From Antedon mediterranea (taxonomy: Eukaryota > Animalia > Echinodermata): DNA of 64,000 nt. The stretch covers positions 15,610,795 through 15,674,794 of the forward strand of contig NC_092670.1 of the NCBI RefSeq assembly GCF_964355755.1. The letters are read 5' to 3'. The position numbers and the translations under genes are program-made. The notes beneath the pieces were generated by a model. It did not search any database. It was given only the letters and a program-made list of their open reading frames with translations, and was not told the DNA's origin. Positions 49,801 to 61,200 of the stretch are shown in pieces (position 1 is the first letter of the stretch; the number at the start of each line of letters is the position of its first letter).

Positions 49801-52800
49801 TTAGTCAAACTTTGGCTTGTTCCTAGAATTGGCTTATCATTCAATTCAATTCCATCATCAAATTTCTGAAATAAACAGATATTTTAAATAATTGTTTTTA
49901 CATTGTACTATTACACACAATGCTATAATAACAAGAACCTAAAGCTCTGTCTACAATTCGATGTGCCCATATATGGACATGATGTCATATTACTACCATA
50001 TTTGGGCACATCACATATTTTTTTTGGTCAAACTTAACTAGTTTGATAGTGTAGATAGAGCTTTAGGTGTGAAATAACAGAATATCCTGTTTTGTCTAAA
50101 CATAAGATGCTTTCTATCATTCTCTTGTTGGTCCTGTGGGTCATAAATACTTATTGTTATTAAGGAGATATATTAGTTTCATAATGATAAACAATGCTTC
50201 AGTTTCTACTTACAAGGTATGTGTTGATATCAAGGGTAAGTGTTTGTTTCCTTTGTTTACGTGGCCCCTTTCCCATCATATCACAGAAGCGCGCTGCACG
50301 CTTCTGCATTCGTTTCGTTTTCTCTACATCATCTTGATATTCCATTAGGCCGACGGATGACCTTTAAGAAGAAATTATCAAATATTATCTAACATTTTGT
50401 TAAGAGATGAAGACAACTTGAATACTTAACATTATCTTAACAACTTAACATTAACTTAATAATCTTATATTAAGATTATTCAGTATAAAAGAGATTTAAA
50501 TATTTAGCATAACAATATCAGTTTTAACCTTAATAAAATTGAGTTGCTCCTGTTTAATGAGTTAATTGTTAAATAAAATGAAAATAATTATAATATACTC
50601 ACTGAAGTTGTCCTTTCTTGTTCTTTTGTCCCTTCTTTCCTGGTGTATACTGCTGTCCTTGATTCTTACCTCCCCTTCCTCTACCTTTCCCACGCCCCCT
50701 ACCTTGTCCCTTCCCCCATGAATTACTTACTGGAATAAAACCTGAATCAGAATTGGAAGATGTACTGAAAAAAAACCACCACAAATCAAGTAAAATCGTA
50801 CTTTATGAATGTACTGTATGGGACCAAATAAAGGAAATATGACAAATGAACCAAGGTAATTTTGAATGTATCCGAGGAAAATGGAATACTGTGTTGTTAA
50901 AATTAATAAGCAGTAAAAAAATATCATAAGATTATAATCTATTTTTAGATTTGTTATTTATTTATAATAGCTAAACATTACATACCTTCCACTGCGTCTT
51001 CTTCGACTTTTCCTTACAAACGGTGAACGACTGCGCGACCTTGATCGTGACCTACTATCCCAAGATCTTGAGCGTGACCTGGATCTTGACCTACTAGGTC
51101 GTCGGAACCCATAACTGTATGGTCTACGCTCCGTTCGTGATAATCCTGGAGATTTCTGAAAAGAACCGCGGTTTTGATTTGTTTGTTTACGTGTTGGTGT
51201 TAAAGATGTTTGTTGTTGTCGTTGCGCAGCAGACGGTGCTTCTGAATCCCAACGTGACGACCGAAGTTGATTTATTTTCGCCTTCTCTCTAAAATAATAC
51301 AATATAAAATAAAATCTTTTTTAGTATTCCATTACACATTTTTAGTTTACTTTGGTGAAAATGATGTACATACAGTCATGCCCAGCAACATGTTGTCATC
51401 ATATTAAACATGAGAGTGTAAAATCTTGTAATTAGGGCAAGTTAGTTTTAAGAGCATTATTTAATACAACAACAATGTATAATGTGTCATCAACATACAA
51501 AGGTAGTGGTTCTCTATCCCAGTTCTTGCTCCAGGCCGAGTTATCTTTAAATGCTGAAGTTAAGATTTGTTTTAACGTTGATTCTACTATGTCCTTATCG
51601 CCCTCAGACTCACATGATGCAAATGCTCGTTGTACGTAATTTCTACAAAAAAATGTTATATATATATTAATATCCCTGGATAAATATGATATTTATGGTA
51701 TTTTTTGGGATTATTAGGCCTATTAAAGTACAACATTTTTAACTTACTTTAAACTTTCTGGCCATTCACCTGGTGATCTAAAAGCAGAAAAAACAAAACA
51801 TATATATATATATATCTGTATACGTTAAACCATAAAAACGTCATTGCTAGATGAAGACTTGTTGAAACGTCACATGTAAACATCTTTTTATGGTTCATTG
51901 TATACAAAACATTACTATTAACAATGTTAATTGTGTCGAGGATTCTTTGTTTTGGGGGAATGATAGGGACTGAAGTTGACAGCATTATTATGGATAGTAA
52001 TGAAATGAGTAAATGAAAAAATAATTATTAGACTTACACGGCTGCTGTTGGCTTGTTTGGTTTTTTTACGGCATGATTAATAACATTTTGCTTGTCTAAG
52101 GGCGTCTTGTTCAGCATTTTCTTTTTAAAATTAGATCCTGCATTATGCATTGCATGCTGCTGCTGTTGGTTGAATTCATCTATGTTGGATGTGTCGTCAT
52201 CTTTCCCATCGAGTTCGTTTGCGCCCTGATTAAAACCGACAAAATTTGGCTGCCGTCGTCTTTGAGACGGAAAGTTGAACCTAATATTACCTGAACCTGG
52301 TGCTTCTGAAAATGCAATAGAATCATTAAAAAATATAAATAACACATGCTATGTGTAACTGTGGTTGGATATTGAAAGTATGTAATAATTAGTAAGTAAT
52401 ATACGTATATGTTAAGTAGGCAATTCTAAGATTTTTGCAAAGATTATTCCAAGTTTAATAACATTTTCACTTAAGATATTTCTTAAGTTGGGAAAAGAAC
52501 AATGAAAAGAGTACAATGGTAAGATGGCATACTTACGGTTTTTATTCATCCATGATGCTGGTTGTTTTGGTTGTGAAGCTGCTTGATTACCCCCCTTATT
52601 ACCCCCGCTATTTTGGTTAAATCCACCTTTGTTGTTGTACTTCATTTGCATGTTATTAAAATTATTTCTATTCCCCTGTTTAAACCCACTTTCTCCCTGT
52701 TGTTGATGTTCCTGGTTGTTGCCCTCGTTGAATCCGCCAGGTCCCAATTTTGCGTTATTTTGTTGGTGTTGCATATGACTTTGTTGAAAGTTTCCTCCTT

Positions 52801-54119
52801 CGAATGACGTGTATTGTGGTACATAGCCTGGGTACATCTACAATAAAAATGTATTGCTTTATTAAGCTGTATCAGACTGACATGGTAATGTTTTAACAAT
52901 TGAAAAGAGTGACAAGTTACAAGGTGTACTATGTCTATATAGTTTGAGGGATCTTTCTCAATCTTGTCGTGGGATGTTAAGATGTTGGTGCAAACATACT
53001 ATGTAGTAGTACTGTGCAGCTTGTTGATGGTTAATACAGTACTGTAATAACTATAGTAGAACCCCTATATCCCACGTATATAGTAGATCACTAACCTGCC
53101 GAGGAGACTGTGGCGGATACTGGTTGCCGCCTGCCATCATGTTTCCTCCGTATGGATTCATTCCATAGTTGAATCCATATGGATTTTGAAACATTCCACC
53201 TGGATGTTGTCCAATAGGATTGTAATAATTGCCTGAAAATAAGAAAAACCATAATAGTTATTGTACTATTGAATAATAGTTATGTAAAATAATGTATGTT
53301 TGTTTTGAAGAAAGGAAGTACTCTAAATTCAACACATACCAGCATTAAAAGAATTTCCCATATTGTGTGCTTGGCCTGGATGCATTCCTTGAAACATCTG
53401 TTGTTGCATAGGGTCCCCATGCGATGACTGCTGCTGCATATTCTGTTTAGGCGTGGTAGCCTTCTTAGTAGGGCTAATCTTGGTGCTCTCCCCTGTAGCA
53501 CCCTGTACCTTCTCAAGTGCTTTTCTAGCTATTTCCCAGCTGGGATTAATATTTTGTTCACCACTACTATTTGTGTTTCCATCGTTGTTGTTACTCCCCC
53601 CATATTGCTGTGACCTGCATAAATATAAACACATTGATTCATGTGATTAACAGTTTTTTTCTATGATATAATATAATTAATCATGCTGCGCAGATAGAAA
53701 ACAAGGAATTACTATTGTATTATTATATTATATGAACAATTCATCACAATTAGAAAAAAATGTGCCAATATCAACACCAAGACACAACAAAAAATATCAG
53801 AATGGTTAAAGAAAACATACAGCAACAACTTGTAATATCAAGCAAGTTCAACTCTGACTGCATGCAACATCTAGACACACAATCAATCCTCATATTCATA
53901 CATTTTCAATCGAATATTATTAACTAGGCTGGAATCCTTGGCTAATACTTATTAGCGTACATCATTTTATTTACATTCACCCTAAAATGTCCTTACATAG
54001 CCTAGACAGGCCTCGACAGTAAGTAAAGCACTGCCACCCGGCGAGGGAACTCACCATTGGCCTGCTTGGGCAATTTGATTTGTCCCGTTGGCCTGGTTCA
54101 TCCACGATAAGCCTGCCAT
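46872..54119 (-). CDS. LENG8: Leukocyte receptor cluster member 8 homolog (SAC3/GANP-PCI domain, Thp3-like)
   Basis: Sixteen in-frame exons: 54055-54119, 53340-53614, 53096-53232, 52537-52837, 52038-52305, 51748-51777, 51499-51642, 50986-51288, 50603-50764, 50214-50361, 49779-49865, 49316-49450, 49047-49115, 48786-48915, 48333-48540, 46872-47046. Motifs EWPESLKNYVQRAF..WDREPLP, an RS tract, [60 protein letters not shown]. Confidence 0.96.
47930..48000 (-). mobile_element. Decayed tRNA-like SINE head; related heads at 62385-62455 (-) and 63957-64000 (+)
   Basis: Reverse complement agatgtagcttggatgttaacatgcttgccttcagatc resembles agctgtagcctggtgattaacgtgctagccttccaatc at the window end. Confidence 0.45.
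48028..48201. mobile_element. Palindromic MITE
   Basis: gtttatcgcaaata / tatttgcgataaac ends, with inner agaagggtttgagagcaaacatca / tgatgtttgctcccaaacccttct. Confidence 0.75.
49943..50062. mobile_element. MITE family A copy
   Basis: agctctgtctaca ... tgtagatagagct. Confidence 0.8.
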
Positions 54120-54289
54120 TTCAACCCTAAATATAAAGAAGAATTCACAAAAATATAGAGACTAATTTAGGCATAGGGCCTAATAGATAGGTAAAGAACA
54201 CTTTATGTATCCTAAAACTTCCAAATATGAATTGATAATGTATCAAATACTTCGATGACTTCTGTCTAATTTTGAATACAAAAGCTAAA

Positions 54290-54370
54290 CTACGTAGCGC
54301 GAGAGGCAGTTCACTTTGACGTCATCTTGCATGATTCGCAAAGCTCATAAAACACGGATTGTGATTGGCT
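54290..54370. promoter_or_regulatory. Promoter motifs between head-to-head LENG8 and PKA-RI genes
   Basis: Perfect CRE palindrome TGACGTCA at 54317-54324, GCGCGAGA at 54297-54304 and reverse CCAAT (gattggct) at 54363-54370. Confidence 0.5.
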
Positions 54371-54571
54371 ATCTTGAATTTCTATATGCCCACCACATTT
54401 CATGGACCTTAAATAAGTTCATGCTTTATCAACATTTTAATTATTTCTGTTTTACTAGTTTCGTACGATTAACTCAGGATCTGACAACTATCATACAGAA
54501 AGTAATTTTTATTTAATATGATGCTACAAATAAAATAAATAAAAATATCATCATGTTCATGTCTATATCTA

Positions 54572-54648
54572 CGGTGGCTGATTTCCGCGTTATAACGCCC
54601 TAATACGGCGTTATAACGCCGTAAAACTTTGGCGGAAATCAGCCACCG
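54572..54648. mobile_element. 77-bp Tc1/mariner-type MITE
   Basis: Perfect 17-bp TIR cggtggctgatttccgc, TA on both flanks, and an internal perfect 20-bp palindrome tacggcgttataacgccgta. Confidence 0.75.
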
Positions 54649-55284
54649 TATATATCAGATTTAATATTAATTAATTAAATTTATTTTGCACTTTATTAAT
54701 ATTATTATTCAGATAGATGTATCATAATATTTCACTGAAACAATCATAGTTAAATTGGTTTAAATAAAAATGTTTTTAAAATTAAAAATCTGAGAATAAG
54801 AATCTGCCTTTTTCCAAAAGGCTTCAAAAGGTTTTGAATTTAGCATTCAATCGCATGCCTATACATTTTTATTTCAATAACAGAATTTAAATTTAGATCT
54901 ATTTATCATTTCTTTTCAACAAAATTAAAGAAGTAAAATTGTAAATGAATAGGAAAAGAAATAGGATGCATGTATTTTATGGCCCTATTATAGTAATTCG
55001 TTGTTTGTGTGAATGTTAATATTGTTAGAATTTTAGGAAATTAGAGAGGAGAAAAAAAAGGAGACTATTGCATCAAAAATGAATAAAAACTATAATTTAA
55101 TTCCTCACTTTGACTTATACACTTTGAATTATAGATGAAATATAACCATGGACCTGTATATCAATTATAGCTAGATTGATAACCATGCCAAGATAGAGTG
55201 AAAAACTTCAGCCAATTACAAGAAGCGTTGCTTATGGTTTGGGTCCATTAACCAAATTTGCATATACACAGTGAAGTGACAAAC

Positions 55285-58200
55285 ATGGCGTCTGGAATGG
55301 ATGACGAACAGAGCCTAAAAGAATGCGAAGCGTATGTGCAAAAACACAATATTCAACAAATGTTGAAAGACTGTATTGTTGAATTATGTATTCACCAACC
55401 CGAGAATCCAACTTCTTTCTTAAAAGATTATTTTGAAAAGCTTGAAGGGGTAAGTTAAGCCAGGCCCTAGCTAGCACTTTTAGCTAGGCGACAATACATC
55501 TCCGACAAAAACAACAACAAACTCCTTCAACTGGCCAACAACAAGTACGACGGTTATGCTTATTGTGAGAGGCTAGGCCTAGGGGTTGGCCCCCTGGAGT
55601 GTACATCAGATAGACTAGCCTAAGCTAGTGTAACTTATGAAAAATATTTAGCCTAGGTGGTAGGTCCTAGGCCTAGGCCCTAGTATGTAAAAAGTGAAGA
55701 AAAAAATGTAATTTGTTTTTCTATTCATTCACTGTCCCTGTCATTTTTTTTCAATTCAGAAATTGTAGGCCAAAAAATTGGAATGAGATTTGTAGATTTG
55801 CGTCCACCACCCGCCCGCATGTTTAGAAAATAAAATCCGCCGGGCAACAATTCATTAATTTTGTAAACAAAAAATCTTTTTGCATTTTTATTAATCACCC
55901 TACAGTTCACGCTTATTTAATTGATATTTATTGGATCTACTACAGTACCATCGTGTAGTATCGCAAATGTGTCGAATTCTGGATTAAGGAATCTAAGGAT
56001 ATGCATCAGTTTGAGATCAAAGCTTCCATGACTCTAACCGACAGAGCGCGGACTGCCCACAATGTTACAAAATAAAAACAGTTTAATTAACCGTCGCAAA
56101 CAACGATCGCGTGTCTAATATATTGTTTACTGCACATGCACAACAACCATGATTAATATTTCATATTTTTAGCGCTAGCTGCTATGGCGACGAACAAAAT
56201 GTTATGCGACGGTAAGCCTATTGGTAGGCTACATCGTGTATCATGATCTATTACTCACCTTTGTCTACTTGTGGAAATAATAATATTGGACAAGGTACTT
56301 TTATTCGTTAATCCATGTTTGTTTGTTTATGGTTTGCCTTGCGTCTACTTTTCAAAACGAGCGCTAAAGTAGTAGAATCAGTGACGTATCGCAACCATAC
56401 ATAGCCAGCTAACCCCAGATCAGGGATCGCAGTTTTGATTTGATTAGACCCGGTGATTGGCTGTGATGTGGATGACATAACCATTAGTCAATAACCAGGC
56501 ACTACAATTAAATAATCGTATCGATAATTAAGGACATTCATGAAGAAACCAATGCTTATAGCTATTAAAAACATGTTTGACTATATTGTAAACCACTGCA
56601 CATGGAATGCATAATTTAATATTCTATAGATTAAAGATGTATTGTCCCTTTGACTAATTCCAAAAAAATAAAAAATAAAAGATTTCGAAAAAAGGTGGGT
56701 CATTTTGAAGTATCATAATAGTTATTAACTATTTTTCGAAAAAAAGAAATATTTTACTGAAATACAGAGGTTTTTTTGTTAAAAAAATAACTTTGACTTC
56801 CAGTCAAAGTTTTCAATCCAAACATATCCCATAATGAAATGCGCTTGTTTGGCTACTCTGTATGCATAATCATAAAACTTCCTCATGATCTGTGTGAAAA
56901 TACCTTCTTAACCGTGACGAGTTGTAAACAATCCTAATTTAGCATATGCATAATGCGCGTACTCATGGTTTGAAATCTTTGTTTACTTTCGCTCGTGACG
57001 ATTTTCCAGATGAAATGTAATCAAACTAATTTACCTGTTCATTACGTAAACTTGTTGTTTTTGGCTTAAATTTTCGACTTAAAGTGAATAACTTTAATAT
57101 TACTTTGATATGGCCACTTTAAATTTAGAATATTTTGACCATTTTTTTGTGTTTCAAGGGACAATACATCTTTAACAACATACTGTAGATTAACGCAATT
57201 CGCAGCGTCCTATAGAGGGCCGTGATTAGAGACAAAGTTCAAATAGCAGTGCTTTAGGCGAGCGCCTTGGAAAATCGTTTGATGTCACCTTTGATACGTA
57301 TCCTATTCCTTAATCCATTTTCGAACTGAATGACCATAGAAAACCATGTGAAAATACATTTTTAATGTGTTTCGGATACAAACTTTCTATGGCCTTAAAA
57401 AGGTTGAATACATTTTAAAACATTCAAACATGTGAAATGTTAAATTTGTAAAAAAATATTTAAAATATAAAATACAAATAAATAATGCAAAATTTTATTT
57501 GTATTTAAAAAAAAAAAAAAATTATTAGACAGGCATATTGTTTTCAACTTTGTCTATCTATTTTATTTATCTTTTTAACACGTGACCTAATTACGTCATA
57601 TATTGCTTTTTTGACATGCTTGTGTCTTTTCATTGTTTAAATGGCAATACAGTAACTGGATATTGGATTGCATTGATTACAAAAGGATTTTATTTTTTTT
57701 TATTATAATAAATCTAAGTTGCCCTTAAACAGTAGATTGACTGCAAATTCAATTTTTGACCTGGAAATATATTTTGGTATAAATTAATCATGATGGTGTA
57801 CAGTAATATTTAATTATTTTATTTTTTTAAAATTTTTTACCGTGTGCAATTCATCTGTGTACAGTAAGCATGATTATTGAGATCCAATGAACCAGTTATT
57901 AATACAACATTGTATTGGATGTTAATAATAATTAGTATAGTATATAGTTAGTAGTGCTAAACAAGAAAATGTTATTAAATTTTAATTGGCTATTAAATGT
58001 GACACCTGTGATTCAGGCCACCGAAGGACACTTAACTTACTTGGTGTTAAATGATTAATCTGTAATAAGGCAATAGTAACATAAACACAGAAGTACCTAC
58101 AATTTAAAAGGAAACTGTGTGCCAGACAGATGCTATTATTTTAATGTCAAGAAGTAATGATTTAAAACGGGAACAACATACAGTATACTTGCAATGTTGA

Positions 58201-61200
58201 CATTACAGTACAAAACTCTAGGATTGATGGTAAGATGATACAGTAGTAGTTCTGAAAATAGTTTATATCCACAATTACCAAATAGAATATGGCATGTATT
58301 GTGGATATTACTATATTAGTAATTAGTTAGTAAGCAATGTGATTTTTTTTAAATTTGACATGCCTTCTACCTACTATACCAAGAAGGCATTCTATGTTGA
58401 CAGTAGACATTATTATGAGAATAAATCAAAAAGTTTAAGCAGGCTTTGCCAAACATTTAGCCAACTATACTACTACTGGGATAATATGCATACAATAAGT
58501 GCATACAGTAATAGTAGTTTCTATGCACTGTGACAAGAATGACTAAAAAAATAATACAATTTGAGAACAGAAAACAGGTACTTTTAAATTACTGTAGTAG
58601 AAAGTGCGTGTTGTGCAAATACTGTACCAAATTGAGACATGTAAAATATCTTCCGCCCACCCTCTCTTTTGTACATAATACTGTATTGTTGTATTACTGA
58701 TACATACTACCTGTATTCTTCATTAATTTTTAAAACAGAAATGCGGCTGAATAATTTATAAGAAAATACATGTATTGATTATTTTAACAGTTTTGTTGTA
58801 CCTCTAGTACAAATGATTAGACAAACAATTTGTATGTCCCATTAATTAAGTATAGTTTTTCAAGAATTATTTGTTTTCCATTATGAGACATCTTTACTGG
58901 AATACTGTACAATAAAGGAAATTGTAGATCAATTAATAAATCAATTTATTTATTTAATTATCAATCATGTCAATTATTTTAAAGAATAGTAGAGTAATCA
59001 ATGTAAACTGCAAAATAAACTGTAGTACAACCATTAGACAGACTACTTAAAAAACTCTATCTTTCTTTTTTCCATCTAGCTAAGTGTTCAAATCTCTGTT
59101 AGTAATTGATTTGCAGATGTAGATTATTAAACAGACTTTTTTCCACGAAGTTAGGGAGTTTCTTCTTGCATCGGTAATTGATACATAATGATGCAGGCTT
59201 TGCATCAGTGATTTTCTTCCTACTGTAAATGCAGTAATCCATCGTTGACTCAGCTTTGCTAGGCAGCCATTTTTCTCAGCGGTTACCACAAGACAACCAC
59301 TAAGATACTTTAATCATTAGTCTTTAAATCTAAAACTGTTTACCTAGTCACGTCTACTACAGCATAATTGTTTTATATGGTGTAATTGCATTTCAAAATT
59401 ATGCAAACTTATCTTTGAACTTTGACATGATATTTAAGGCGGAACGGACGTAAAAGGGTATGGATTATATACGGTCATTTTTAAAAATACGTAGAAGAAG
59501 TTCTTCTTCGGATAGGACTCCACCTCGGGATGTAAGTAAAATTGTTTCACGCCCGTATACTGTAATAATAATAATAAATTATTTATGACAACAGATGCTG
59601 ACAATGAATGCCTTGAGCGGATATCTGTGTTGCATTTAGTATTATTATATACATTATGCATTAAACAAATAGAATTCAAGATACAGTATAATGTTGTTGT
59701 ATTCAGGTCGTTTTAAAAATTAAATATTTTGGAATTATTCTTTGTATTTCCAAATTATTTTCTTTGTTTAGGAAAAATATGTGACCCATGGCAGGTTTCA
59801 AATGCAGTTGAAATCCTTCCCATGACCATTCCATACCCCATGTGTACAAAACAAACAAACTTACAATATGCTCCCTTCTCTACCTTAGATTTAATAACAA
59901 TAACATACAGACATTGGAAAAAGTCAAGAAACTGTAAAAAAAAACCATAAATAATGTTAAGATTTAGAAATGAATCCTTTTGATATTTTACCTTGCCTTT
60001 TAGCAAATTTTTCCTTTTTTTAAAACTAAATGTTTTTTTTAGAAATATACTATACCATAAATTATCATTTCATACAATTTTTTTGTCTAATGATGACCTG
60101 CAGTATGGTCAGAAGCATAAAATACATATGTAATATTTCTGAAATATTAAGAAGTTTGCTGGACTCTAGTACCAAGAATATTATTATATTATTTGGTCAG
60201 AATTACTAATAACATTAATACTTGTGAAATAATATCATCCACATTTATGAGTTAGATAGTATATAATTTATAAATTGCTATTAATTGTACTTGACCCTAT
60301 AGTACTAATAGTAAAAACATTAAATGTATATTGATTATTCTACGGTTTAAGAAATAGTTTAATTAAATAATTATACTGTAGCCATTTTGATACAGATGCA
60401 AATCTTTTACACTGTGGATAAAATATTTGTTATTTAAAGGATTTAAAAAATTAACCGAAGAAGAATGAGACTTTTTAAAAAAGAGAAATTCTTTTATGCC
60501 TTCTATAGAATTCACTGAGCCTATCACAATTAATATAACCAGTTACAAGTATACCTTTTATGTGCTATATGCGCGGTACTCAAAGTAATATGTTAATTAA
60601 CCCAAGAATAGTGAGACTTAAAAAAAGCGAATTTCTTTTAGCCTATGCCTTTTGTAGAATTCAGTGAGTCTATCAGTATCACAATTAATAACCAGTTACA
60701 AGTATACCTTCTATGAGCTATATGCGCGGTACTCAAAGTAATATGTTAATTGCTATAATCGAATATCACTGTAATAGCTGCTGTAAAGTGTTACATTGAC
60801 ACGTTTTTCTTTGCATGTACGATGGAAATTGTACCACGGCTGAATTTTGCGATTATAATAAATTCAGAATCTCAAACATCGTTGTTTTTTCCCCTTACAT
60901 AATTTTAATAAAGTATAATTTATTAAAGTATTCACCTTATTATTCAGAATTTAACTACAATTATATGAATGAAATTACATATTTTATTTCTGACAATAAT
61001 TATATAACTCTGTATAAATTTGCTTAAAATATAAATGGATAGCGCATATAATTTAATTAATAAAATTCCAGGAAAACTAAACAAATGACTCTGTTGGTAT
61101 TCTGTATCATTGTGTTTAATTCCATATAAATTGACTCTTTCATTAGGTTGCAAGTAATTTAGAAAAATATATGTTATGAGATTTAGGGACTTTTAAAATG

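Noticed and set aside
51845-51875. Second hammerhead-like string ctagatgaagacttgttgaaacgtc in a LENG8 intron (+ strand)
   Set aside because: Extra base in the CUGAUGA core, a 2-nt stem II loop and no convincing stem I; at best a dead relic.
58539-58577. Another phase-0 mini exon candidate for PKA-RI ([13 protein letters not shown])
   Set aside because: Weak donor (gtactt) and AT-rich composition; easily arises by chance.
60088-60145. Box C (TGATGA) and box D (CTGA) pair in PKA-RI intron 1
   Set aside because: Only ~52 nt with no terminal stem and no recognisable guide, so not called a snoRNA.
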